Source of the DNA: Synergistales bacterium
Lineage (GTDB): Bacteria > Synergistota > Synergistia > Synergistales > JAFGMB01
Assembly: GCA_963666205.1 (NCBI GenBank)
Contig: OY762654.1
Span: forward strand, 192,001-256,000
DNA length: 64,000 nt
Direction: 5' to 3'
This document shows, one piece after another, positions 1 to 8,331 of this stretch. Both the position numbers and the translations under genes were made by a program. Position 1 is the first letter of the stretch, and each line of letters starts with the position of its first letter. The notes beneath the pieces were generated by a model. That model saw only the letters and a program-made list of their open reading frames with translations. It searched no databases and was not told the DNA's origin.

Positions 1-1480
1 CTGCACTTACCCCGGAGGGTTCATTGAGAATTCCCATGAATTGTCCTTTGTGTATTACGGCGAGCCTGTCACTCAAAGAAAGGAGTTCATCGAGGTCTTC
101 AGATACCAGCAGTACCCCTGCGCCTCTCTCTCGTTCTTTCAGAAGTGTTTTTCTTACAAAATTGGTTGCGGCCACATCTAATCCCCATGTTGGATGAACC
201 GCTACTATAACAGATGGTCTATCACTCAATTCTCGACCAAGCATAAGTTTCTGAAGATTTCCCCCTGAAAGATTCCTTACAGGTGTCAGCATGGAGGGAG
301 TATCAACATTAAATTTCTCTACAATGGATTGAGCAAACTCAAAAACTTTTTTCCAGTTTATGGTTATACCTCTGGATACTGGAGCCTGCCAGTATTTTTT
401 TAAGATGGAATTCTCATTAACATCCATGTTAGGTATCAGTCCTATGCCTTTCCTGTCAGCTGGAATATATCTGATACCGGCTGAAATAAAAGTCTTTGGA
501 CTTGCCTTTGTCAGGATACTGTTCCCAATTCTGATACTTCCTGACTTAAGATTTCTAAGGCCCACTAGGGCTTCACAAAGCTCAGTCTGCCCATTACCAG
601 CAATTCCTGCAATACCAAGGATCTCATTTTCCCTGATTTCCAGGGAGATATCATTGACCGCACACAACCCTCTATCATTTATTACCTTCAGTTTTTCAGC
701 CGAAAGGACTGATCTTCCAGGGGATAATTTTTTTTTGGTAACGGAAAAACTCACTTTTGTTCCAACCATCATTTCAGCCAGTTTCTCTTTAGACACTTCT
801 CCGGTTTTCACGGTACCCACGTTTTTCCCTTTCCTTAACACTGTTACCCTGTCAGACAGGTCCATTACTTCATCTAGCTTGTGAGAAATAAAGATAATGC
901 CTTTTCCTTCATTTTTCATCTGCCTGACAGTAAGAAAGAGCTTGGCTGTTTCCTGAGGTGTAAGTACAGCTGTCGGTTCATCGAGTATCAATACTCCTGC
1001 ATTACGGAAAAGCATCTTCAATATGGCAACTCTCTGCTGTTCTCCAATTGACAGTTGCCATATCCTTGCATTGGGATCAACACTTAAGCCATAGTGCTGA
1101 GAAATCTCTCTGATACGTGACAGGATCTTTTTTCTGGGAAGAAACTGTGGTACTTCAGATAGCCCGAGAATCATGTTTTCCCAGACGGTCTGACTGGGTA
1201 CGAGCATGAAATGCTGATGGACCATCCCTATGCCGGCATGGATAGCATCCCTGGGAGATCTGAAGTCCTGCTCTGTACTGTTGACTGAAAGATCGCCTTC
1301 ATCTGGGATGTATAATCCGGAAAGAATATTCATCAGGGTAGTCTTCCCTGCCCCGTTTTCTCCGAGTAACGCATGAACTTCCCCGGGGAAAAGTTCAAAA
1401 TTGATCGAGTCATTAGCTTTGAATCCGGCAAATGACTTCACAATATTGTGCATCTTTACAAGGGGCCCATCTGAAGACAT
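1..1480 (-). CDS. Nucleoside/sugar (CUT2-type) ABC transporter ATP-binding protein, two ATPase domains; C-terminus runs off the window
   Basis: Not in the ORF track because it is truncated. Manual translation from 1480 gives MSSDGPLVKMHNIVKSFAGFKANDSINFELFPGEVHALLGENGAGKTTLMNILSG (Walker A), later ILDEPT, LSGGNLQK and HPTWGLDV. It lies directly downstream of a BMP-family gene. Confidence 0.93.
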   Translation of the reverse strand, partial: MSSDGPLVKMHNIVKSFAGFKANDSINFELFPGEVHALLGENGAGKTTLMNILSGLYIPDEGDLSVNSTEQDFRSPRDAIHAGIGMVHQHFMLVPSQTVWENMILGLSEVPQFLPRKKILSRIREISQHYGLSVDPNARIWQLSIGEQQRVAILKMLFRNAGVLILDEPTAVLTPQETAKLFLTVRQMKNEGKGIIFISHKLDEVMDLSDRVTVLRKGKNVGTVKTGEVSKEKLAEMMVGTKVSFSVTKKKLSPGRSVLSAEKLKVINDRGLCAVNDISLEIRENEILGIAGIAGNGQTELCEALVGLRNLKSGSIRIGNSILTKASPKTFISAGIRYIPADRKGIGLIPNMDVNENSILKKYWQAPVSRGITINWKKVFEFAQSIVEKFNVDTPSMLTPVRNLSGGNLQKLMLGRELSDRPSVIVAVHPTWGLDVAATNFVRKTLLKERERGAGVLLVSEDLDELLSLSDRLAVIHKGQFMGILNEPSGVSA

Positions 1481-1599
1481 TTTCACATGCATTCCCTCCA
1501 TCAAATACCTTTTTAATACAGTTAGGGTGCGGCTAAAGGTTTCAATTCCATCCAAATAACAATTGAGAGACTGAAATCAGGATATAGCAATTCTTTCAA

Positions 1600-1630
1600 A
1601 TAAGAAAGGGCGCGAGGTGCTTCGCGCCCT
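1600..1630 (-). terminator. Hairpin after the BMP gene (intrinsic terminator or mRNA stabiliser)
   Basis: AGGGCGCGA (1607-1615) pairs with TCGCGCCCT (1622-1630), followed on the minus strand by TTCTTATTT. Confidence 0.65.
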
Positions 1631-1664
1631 GGATAACGAATTGTAATATATCATAAACGTCGCT

Positions 1665-2747
1665 TTATTTCGGAATTTCTCCCTCAACACCCTCAACGAA
1701 CCAGTTCATGGAAAGCATTTCCTGGTCAGTCATGGAAGTGCCTTCAGCTATAGTGACTGATCCTTTCTGATCTTTAAGGGGTCCGTTAAACACGTCCCAT
1801 TCTCCATTAACTATCTTGTTCTTTTCCGTCTCAACAAGTGTTTTGGTATCAGCGGGAACATCTTTTCCGAAAGGAGCAAGTCCGACTAGTCCCTCTTTCA
1901 ATCCCCACCATATATCCTCTGATTTCCATGTACCGTCTATTACATGCCCTGCAACATATTTATAAATCATGCCCCAATCCCAGACCGGGGCTGTAAGATG
2001 TTTTGTAGGCGCATAATGGCTCATATCGTTATTATAGCCTACTACATAAACACCGGCTTCTTCCGCTGTCTGAGGAGCGGCTCCTGAATCAGCATGCATG
2101 GCAATTACATCTGCCCCGGCATCTACAAATGCCTTTGTTGCCTCTTTTTCCTTCCCTGGATCAAACCAGGAAAAAAGCCATATGACCTTGACCTTCGCCT
2201 CCGGATTGACCTTTCTTACTCCAAGTGTAAAGGCATTTATGCCCCTTATGACTTCAGGGATGGGCTGAGCTGCAACATAACCAATTATGTTACTCTTTGT
2301 CATCTTTCCAGCAACCAGTCCGGAAAGGTATCTTGCCTGGTACATACGGCCAAAGTAAACGCCTACATTGTCAGCCTTTTTATAACCGGAACAATGCATG
2401 AATGTAACATCAGGGTTTTTCTTTGCGACCTCTTCGACGAAATCCATGTAACCAAAGGAAGTGGCAAATATCAGTTTAAAACCCTTTCTCACAAAGGTTT
2501 CCATAACTCTGGTAGAATCGGGTCCTTCTGGTACGGATTCTACAAAACTTGAATTCATTTTCGGGTACATTTCCTGCATTTCGAGACGTCCCTGATCGTG
2601 CATGAATGTCCAGCCACCGTCTCCTACTGGACCAACATAGACAAAACCTGCAGAAAGCTTATCTTCCGGGACCGCAGTCATTGCCAGAGCCATACCAGCA
2701 GACAAAACAAGAACGAGCGAAAGCACACACAACAGCATTTTCTTCAT
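1665..2747 (-). CDS. BMP family ABC transporter substrate-binding protein (purine nucleoside type)
   Basis: Signal peptide; motifs GFVYVGPVGDGGWT, FATSFGY, HCSGYK, PIPEVIRGINAF and WFDP. Confidence 0.93.
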   Translation of the reverse strand: MKKMLLCVLSLVLVLSAGMALAMTAVPEDKLSAGFVYVGPVGDGGWTFMHDQGRLEMQEMYPKMNSSFVESVPEGPDSTRVMETFVRKGFKLIFATSFGYMDFVEEVAKKNPDVTFMHCSGYKKADNVGVYFGRMYQARYLSGLVAGKMTKSNIIGYVAAQPIPEVIRGINAFTLGVRKVNPEAKVKVIWLFSWFDPGKEKEATKAFVDAGADVIAMHADSGAAPQTAEEAGVYVVGYNNDMSHYAPTKHLTAPVWDWGMIYKYVAGHVIDGTWKSEDIWWGLKEGLVGLAPFGKDVPADTKTLVETEKNKIVNGEWDVFNGPLKDQKGSVTIAEGTSMTDQEMLSMNWFVEGVEGEIPK

Positions 2748-2832
2748 AATTTACCCTCCCTGATAAGATCTTTAACCTGAAACATACACTTAAGTTAACA
2801 ATTAGCTTTATATCTTGTCATATTTCAACCAT

Positions 2833-2861
2833 ATTATACATTTTTGAAATTTAGAATGGAA
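2833..2861 (-). promoter_or_regulatory. Putative sigma70 promoter of the bmp-ABC operon
   Basis: Minus strand TTCCAT-17 nt-TATAAT. Confidence 0.45.
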
Positions 2862-2915
2862 CCCACTTCTTGTATGCATTATAGTTGAAAATCCAGCAAT
2901 AAGGTGTCATCTCTG

Positions 2916-2944
2916 TTGCAATATGTAGAAAATGACTATAGACT
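2916..2944 (+). promoter_or_regulatory. Putative sigma70 promoter of gpt
   Basis: TTGCAA-17 nt-TAGACT. Confidence 0.5.
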
Positions 2945-3013
2945 TTGGCTTATCTTCCTGATTTATCCCCAACAGGAAGAATACAGCTGGAATTTGTGAG
3001 GTGAAGATTTTTC

Positions 3014-3514
3014 ATGTCAGGCTCTGAAAGATACAGACGAACATATAGTATTTCGTGGGATCAACTCCATCGTGATTGCAAAGCATTATCCTGGAGACTA
3101 ATGGATCTGGGCCAATGGGACTGGATTATAGGAATCGCCAGAGGCGGACTCATTCCAGCCGCAATTATTGCCAGAGAACTGAATGTGCATCTTGTGGATA
3201 CGGTATGTGTTTCAAGTTATACTGTCAGATCCCAGGATAGAATATCTGTTCTTAAGGATATTGGTACCAGCTCTGTTAGACATGGCAAATGTCTTATCAT
3301 TGACGACCTTGTTGATACAGGAAAAACAGCTCAGGTTGTACGGCAGATGTTACCAGATGCCCATTTTGCCACAGTATATGCTAAACCGGGAGGAAGACCC
3401 TATGTTGACACATTTATAACTGAGGTCAGTCAGGATACATGGATACTTTTTCCGTGGGATGCTGAATACCACTATGATTATGTAAAACCTATAATTGAAA
3501 CCAGTCAGGAATAG
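3014..3514 (+). CDS. gpt: Xanthine(-guanine) phosphoribosyltransferase
   Basis: ISWDQLHRD, IARGGLIPA, PRPP-binding LIIDDLVDTGKT and SQDTWILFPWD; SD GAGGTG upstream. Confidence 0.93.
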   Translation: MSGSERYRRTYSISWDQLHRDCKALSWRLMDLGQWDWIIGIARGGLIPAAIIARELNVHLVDTVCVSSYTVRSQDRISVLKDIGTSSVRHGKCLIIDDLVDTGKTAQVVRQMLPDAHFATVYAKPGGRPYVDTFITEVSQDTWILFPWDAEYHYDYVKPIIETSQE

Positions 3515-3544
3515 AAAGAGGGCGGACTTTGTCCCCCCTCTTTC
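3514..3544. terminator. Hairpin between convergent gpt and selC, probably a bidirectional terminator
   Basis: GAAAGAGGGCGGAC-TTT-GTCCCCCCTCTTTC, an imperfect inverted repeat. Confidence 0.6.
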
Positions 3545-3562
3545 CTTGTCCTTTTTATCTAG

Positions 3563-3661
3563 TGGCGGAGGCGTGTGGGAATCGAACCCACCGGAGATAC
3601 CCAGAAGCACCTCCCGACCGGGTTTGAAGCCCGGGGGCAGCACCAGCTACCACTCGCCTCC
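3563..3661 (-). tRNA. selC: tRNA-Sec (UCA)
   Basis: The reverse complement folds with an 8-position acceptor stem, a 6-bp D stem with UGGU loop, anticodon loop CUUCAAA, a long variable arm, T arm GUGGG-UUCGAUU-CCCAC, discriminator G and encoded CCA. Confidence 0.95.
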
Positions 3662-3679
3662 CTACTTTCAAGTAGTAAG

Positions 3680-3708
3680 ATTTTAAAGGTATGTGTCTTA
3701 TTTGTCCA
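3680..3708 (-). promoter_or_regulatory. Putative sigma70 promoter of selC
   Basis: Minus strand TGGACA-17 nt-TAAAAT with an AT-rich stretch upstream. Confidence 0.6.
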
Positions 3709-3741
3709 GCATGAATATAAAAATAAATGTGACAAACAGGT

Positions 3742-4143
3742 TCAACCCCTGGTTATCTTTGATATCCCACGAAACCTGAACCAATCTTCGACCCTGCCCG
3801 CAATATCTCCCTGGAGAACAATAAGTGTACCCTCTATTTTCCCACCACAGCCAATAGCACTTTTCAGACTTTTTGATAATACTGGGAGATCCATCTTGTC
3901 AGCAGGGCGTATTTCAAGCACTGTAACTGTTTTCCCACTTCTACCCTTTTTCTCTTTTCGAAGTATTACTCTTTCTATAACTTCTATAAAAGGTGTAGGA
4001 TCAGTTTCCGGGCTCTTTGTATTACAGTCATCACCCGAAGTAACTTCAGCACTTTGAGTGAGACCAGGTTCCCCTGAAATTTCTAAAAAAGGATTATGCA
4101 GGATTCCAGAATCTGAAGGATCTATTTTTTTCCTCTTTTTCAT
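3742..4143 (-). CDS. yciH: SUI1/YciH-family translation initiation factor
   Basis: EKKGRSGKTVTV, LKSAIGCGG and IVLQGD are SUI1 motifs; N-terminal extension containing HNPF. Confidence 0.88.
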   Translation of the reverse strand: MKKRKKIDPSDSGILHNPFLEISGEPGLTQSAEVTSGDDCNTKSPETDPTPFIEVIERVILRKEKKGRSGKTVTVLEIRPADKMDLPVLSKSLKSAIGCGGKIEGTLIVLQGDIAGRVEDWFRFRGISKITRG

Positions 4144-4162
4144 TATTATTATTCTTCTTCGC

Positions 4163-4738
4163 TTACTCCGGTCTCAGGGGGGTGAGCCTGTTTCCGTAGA
4201 TGGAACAGACTTGCTTCTGAATTTCCTCTCTAAACTTCTTGAGCGCTCCTACTGCTTTCCCTGTTCCTAAACCCTCTGCTGGGCAAAGGAGTCTGACAAA
4301 ATGTGATGATCTCGAAGAAGCAAGTTCCCTTATCTGTTTACAGTAGGCTGAAGGACCCCAGACAGCAAATGTATCATAGCGGCTCAGGGATTTTTCATCC
4401 CACTGTTCCTCCATTTCAGAAAAGCTTACAAGGCCGTTTGAAGAACGGGAAGAGCTTAAATGAACACTGTAATCAGGCATATTCCAGTCTGGATTTATGA
4501 GACCGAACTTGGCAGAAAGGATCATCCATAAAGGTTCTTCGCCGATGTGATGGGTTATCATACGAAAACAATCAACTGCCTGAAGAAACATTGGGCCTAG
4601 AAAGGCTTCTCTCGCTGGAACAAAGAGTGAAGCTGCAGGATCTTTATCCCATATCTTTGTCCTGGTACAAGCAACAATGTTCATCAGGGTATCGTTCTTC
4701 AAGGCATAGATAAAATCTTGTGCAAGGGATTCTGTCAT
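4163..4738 (-). CDS. Hypothetical protein, DUF6884-like
   Basis: IVACTRTKIWD...PAREAFLGPMF...WMILSAKFGLINPD matches the pattern I recall for DUF6884 proteins; SD AAGGAG upstream. Confidence 0.6.
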   Translation of the reverse strand: MTESLAQDFIYALKNDTLMNIVACTRTKIWDKDPAASLFVPAREAFLGPMFLQAVDCFRMITHHIGEEPLWMILSAKFGLINPDWNMPDYSVHLSSSRSSNGLVSFSEMEEQWDEKSLSRYDTFAVWGPSAYCKQIRELASSRSSHFVRLLCPAEGLGTGKAVGALKKFREEIQKQVCSIYGNRLTPLRPE

Positions 4739-4841
4739 GGTTTCCGCTCTCCTTTACTTCGGGTTCCCCATTATGCTTTACGATCTTCTTAATTACAATT
4801 AAGATTTGCTCTTTAATACATTCTACACTATATTATCAAGT

Positions 4842-5402
4842 TCATTGTTTCTGACTGAAATATTCTTCAGACAAATGGATATACTTCTTTTTCAGAATTG
4901 ATATACGATCCATATATATTTCCTTTTCAGGGAGTGCATGGATAATTTCCATGATAGATTTCATATCGAAGTAAGAACTTTTTCTGGAAGGTCTGGAACA
5001 TCGGAATATTTCTTTCAGAATCCTGATATCATCTGGAATCTCAAAATCATCCCTGGTCTCTTCATAACCGAAAAGGAAATACACACTCTTGAAGCCTGAC
5101 CAGGCGAGTGCAGAAAGACACATTGAGCAGGGCTCATGAGTTGAAAGGAATATACATTCTTCTGGCATGGGGTGCCCTTCCAGTTCATAAAACTGTTTAA
5201 TTGTAAAGACTTCCCCATGCCACATGGGATTCTGGCCTTCATGATTGGTCCCGGCGATAACCAGGGACAGGTCTTTCTTGAGTAGTACAGCTGCCCCAAA
5301 GATCTTATGTCCCTGGGAAACGGCCTTCTCTGTTTTAGGAAGGATATCGTTTTCAATAACATCAAGGAGCCTTTCCACCATTGCTGCTTCCGACATTTTC
5401 AT
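4842..5402 (-). CDS. Zinc-dependent nucleoside/nucleobase deaminase (cytidine deaminase-like superfamily)
   Basis: HGE and HEPCSMC zinc motifs, FGAAV. Confidence 0.88.
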   Translation of the reverse strand: MKMSEAAMVERLLDVIENDILPKTEKAVSQGHKIFGAAVLLKKDLSLVIAGTNHEGQNPMWHGEVFTIKQFYELEGHPMPEECIFLSTHEPCSMCLSALAWSGFKSVYFLFGYEETRDDFEIPDDIRILKEIFRCSRPSRKSSYFDMKSIMEIIHALPEKEIYMDRISILKKKYIHLSEEYFSQKQ

Positions 5403-5422
5403 ATCCCCCTTCCAGAATCAAT

Positions 5423-6250
5423 TTACACTTTATTGAGCAGACTGAGAAATCCGTGCAACAGTTTTACCAGGTCGTCCGAAGCTCTGGACATTTCGCTGAG
5501 GACTTCTTCTTCAGATAATTTTGCAGAAGTCATCCCTGCAGCATAATTTGCAACACATGAGATAGCACAGACCCTCATACCAAAGTGATTGGCAACAATA
5601 ACTTCAGGTACAGTTGACATACCCACCACGTCCGCTCCCATGATCCTGGCCATTCTGATTTCAGCCGGAGTTTCATAAGAAGGCCCTGAGAAAGCTATAT
5701 AGATTCCTTTTTTTAACAGCAGCCCCTTACTGCTGGCGCTTTTCAGTGCAATTTTCATGAGATCCCGGTCATAGGCATATGTCATATCAGGGAAGCGAGG
5801 TCCCCATTCTTCATAATTAACGCCCACCAGGGGATTCTTTCCCATAAAGTTAATATGATCATGAATAAGCACCAGATCTCCTGGATCAAGAGCATGGTTA
5901 ATTCCACCGGAGGCATTTGTGATAAGCAGATTTTTCAGGCCCAACTGGCCAAGAACTCTGACTGGAAAAGAAATCTCCTCAATTGTATAGCCTTCATAAA
6001 GGTGTACCCTTCCCTGCATAACAAGTAAGGGGGAACCTTCAAAATGGCCGAAGACAAGTCTTCCTGCATGACCAGGAGCAGTTGAAACCGGCCAATATGG
6101 AATGGAAGAATAATCCAGAAGAGTTTTCCTGTCCAAGTGGTCAACAAGTGCTCCCAGGCCTGAACCGAGTATGATACCAGTCTCTGGTATTGATGGGATC
6201 CTTTCTTTTACATATTCCACTGCCTGACCGATCCTGTCCTTCATTAGCAT
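5423..6250 (-). CDS. punA: Purine-nucleoside phosphorylase (trimeric, 6-oxopurine type)
   Basis: ILGSGLG, GRVHLYEG, TNASGG, GPSYETPAE, GMSTVPE and ANYAAG. Start moved to ATG 6250 (GGAG 6 nt upstream; removes the overlap with xerD). Confidence 0.93.
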   Translation of the reverse strand: MLMKDRIGQAVEYVKERIPSIPETGIILGSGLGALVDHLDRKTLLDYSSIPYWPVSTAPGHAGRLVFGHFEGSPLLVMQGRVHLYEGYTIEEISFPVRVLGQLGLKNLLITNASGGINHALDPGDLVLIHDHINFMGKNPLVGVNYEEWGPRFPDMTYAYDRDLMKIALKSASSKGLLLKKGIYIAFSGPSYETPAEIRMARIMGADVVGMSTVPEVIVANHFGMRVCAISCVANYAAGMTSAKLSEEEVLSEMSRASDDLVKLLHGFLSLLNKV

Positions 6251-6272
6251 ATACATCTCCAAACATTTAAAT

Positions 6273-7169
6273 TTAGGCCCTGGGATGGGCTTTGTCATAT
6301 ACATCCCTGAGCTCCAGATCAAAATGGACATATTTTTCTGTGGTAGAAATAGAAGAATGACCCAGGATCTCCTGAAGTGTCCTTAGGTCCATACCCCGTC
6401 TCAGAAGATGGGTTGCAAAGGAATGACGCAATACATGGGGGTGTAACCTCTGTATGCTGATATTAGCCATTTTCCCCCTCTTCCTTACCATCCTCCACAG
6501 ATCTTCTCTTCTCATACTGTTCCCACTTCTCGTAAGGAACAACATATCTCTGGATTTATCAGAGAATACTGAACTGGTTCTTTCAATATAAAATCGCAAT
6601 GTTTTCCTTACTTCCCCAAGAAAGGGCACAATCCTTTCTTTATCCCCTTTACCCTTTACCCTTAATGTCCCTGATGAAAAAAACATATCCCGTTGTCGCA
6701 GGTTACAGATCTCGCTTGCTCTGAGGCCGCATCCATACAATATCTCGAGAATAGCCCTGTCACGGACATCCAGGTATTTATCACCATTACAGGCATCAAG
6801 AATTCGCTGGACTTCCCCCTCACTGAGGATCTGGGGAAGTTTTTTTTCGCGGGCCGGCAATGGAGGCAGTATGTTTTCTTCATCGGAAACACCATCAAGA
6901 ATTAGAAACCGTATCCATGATCTCAGAGAGGCAACGAGTCGTTGTTGTGTAGAGGGTGAATGCTTCCTGTAAGTTAGAAGAGAAAGATACCCTGAAAGCT
7001 TGTCATTGTTCACAGGAAGGGGAGGTAAGGACTTGGAATAGCAGTAATTCAGATAACCTTGCAGATCAGAACTGTAAGAGATTACAGTATTCCGACTGCA
7101 TCCTCTCTCTAAAAGGAGGTAATCACAAAAGTTATCAATTAATCTGTCAATATATGTATGTTCGTTCAT
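6273..7169 (-). CDS. xerD: Tyrosine recombinase XerD
   Basis: GLRASE, KGDKER, HPHVLRHSFATH, LGHSSISTTEKY; nudF-xerD-punA synteny as in Firmicutes. Confidence 0.88.
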   Translation of the reverse strand: MNEHTYIDRLIDNFCDYLLLERGCSRNTVISYSSDLQGYLNYCYSKSLPPLPVNNDKLSGYLSLLTYRKHSPSTQQRLVASLRSWIRFLILDGVSDEENILPPLPAREKKLPQILSEGEVQRILDACNGDKYLDVRDRAILEILYGCGLRASEICNLRQRDMFFSSGTLRVKGKGDKERIVPFLGEVRKTLRFYIERTSSVFSDKSRDMLFLTRSGNSMRREDLWRMVRKRGKMANISIQRLHPHVLRHSFATHLLRRGMDLRTLQEILGHSSISTTEKYVHFDLELRDVYDKAHPRA

Positions 7170-7176
7170 AGTTCAG

Positions 7177-7218
7177 TAAAAGGGGACAGGAAAGATATGA
7201 TCCATACTGTCCCCCTTT
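7177..7218 (-). terminator. Terminator-like hairpin between nudF and xerD
   Basis: Minus strand AAAGGGGGACAG...CTGTCCCCTTTT. Confidence 0.5.
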
Positions 7219-7225
7219 AAGTGCG

Positions 7226-7759
7226 TTAAAGATCCTGGTTTATCAGCCAGGAAAGGGCAGCAAAAGTCTTGGCGTCTTTTATTTTCCCTTCCTTAAGAAA
7301 AGCCGGAAGGTCTTCTACCTTTACAGAAACTGTCTGAATAAATTCATCATCGTCTTCCGGAAGCTTAGATGGAGACAATCCGGAGGCCAGGTAGACAACC
7401 AGTAACTCAGTGCTGAAACCAGGTGATGAATAAAAACTTCCTACGTAAGCGAGTTCGGAAGCAGTAAAGCCTACTTCTTCCTGAAGTTCCCTCAGGGCAG
7501 CTGTTTCAAAGTCCTCACCGTCTTCAACAATGCCGGCAGGAATCTCCAGTATTTCTTCATCTATGGCATAACGGAACTGGCTTACAAGGAGTATCTTACC
7601 ATCTTCTGTAAGGGGGATAAGTCCTACAGCAGGGTTATGTTCAATAACCTCTCTGTAAGCCCTTTTGCCGGACGGAACCCTTACATTATCGACCCTGAGG
7701 TTAAGAATTCTTCCCCTGTAAACAACGTGCCTTGAAAGAACCTTTTCTCGCTTTTCCAT
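7226..7759 (-). CDS. nudF: NUDIX hydrolase (ADP-ribose pyrophosphatase)
   Basis: Nudix box GIVEDGEDFETAALRELQEEVG; SQFRY, SPGFS and IKDAKT. Confidence 0.9.
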   Translation of the reverse strand: MEKREKVLSRHVVYRGRILNLRVDNVRVPSGKRAYREVIEHNPAVGLIPLTEDGKILLVSQFRYAIDEEILEIPAGIVEDGEDFETAALRELQEEVGFTASELAYVGSFYSSPGFSTELLVVYLASGLSPSKLPEDDDEFIQTVSVKVEDLPAFLKEGKIKDAKTFAALSWLINQDL

Positions 7760-7768
7760 AGTTATAAG

Positions 7769-8317
7769 CTATTTCTTCGCAATCTCTAAGCCTTTAGCAA
7801 AGGCTTCAAGGTTCATAGGAAGAAATTTAGGTTTTCGTTTGCCCAGTTTTTCCTTGATCGTTTCTATGCAGATTTCCTTGTCTACAATACCTGTGGACTC
7901 TACAAGAGCACCAAGTACGACTATATTGGCCACTTTATCACTACCGAGTTCATGTGCTATGGATTGGGCAGGAACAGGAATAACGGTAACATCATTCCGT
8001 GGGTTTTCATAAGTGACAAGGTCGCTGTTATAGATAAGATATCCTCCGGGTTTTACAGAGTGTTCGAACTTTGTAAGGGAAGGCTGGTTCATAACTATGG
8101 TTATGTCGGATTTATTAACAACGGGCGAACCTATTTCTTCATCACTTACAACCACGGCGCAGTTTGCAGTCCCACCGCGCATTTCAGGACCATATGAGGG
8201 TATCCAGGTAACATGCATCCCCTGGGCTATGCCGGAATAAGCCACCAACTGACCAAGAACCATTACGCCCTGCCCGCCGAAACCGGCTGCGATCATGTTT
8301 TTATAAAAATGTTCCAT
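7769..8317 (-). CDS. 2-oxoacid:ferredoxin oxidoreductase gamma subunit
   Basis: AGFGGQGV, PSYGPEMRGGTANC. Confidence 0.93.
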   Translation of the reverse strand: MEHFYKNMIAAGFGGQGVMVLGQLVAYSGIAQGMHVTWIPSYGPEMRGGTANCAVVVSDEEIGSPVVNKSDITIVMNQPSLTKFEHSVKPGGYLIYNSDLVTYENPRNDVTVIPVPAQSIAHELGSDKVANIVVLGALVESTGIVDKEICIETIKEKLGKRKPKFLPMNLEAFAKGLEIAKK

Positions 8318-8331
8318 TCTGATCAGTCCTC

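Noticed and set aside
360..884. Plus-strand ORF 360-884 and the many other antisense or alternate-frame ORFs in the track
   Set aside because: They shadow well-supported minus-strand genes and show no family motifs.
6273..7169. Tyrosine recombinase near a tRNA as a sign of an integrated element
   Set aside because: It is a housekeeping XerD in conserved nudF-xerD-punA context. I saw no duplicated selC 3' end (att site) and no cargo genes.
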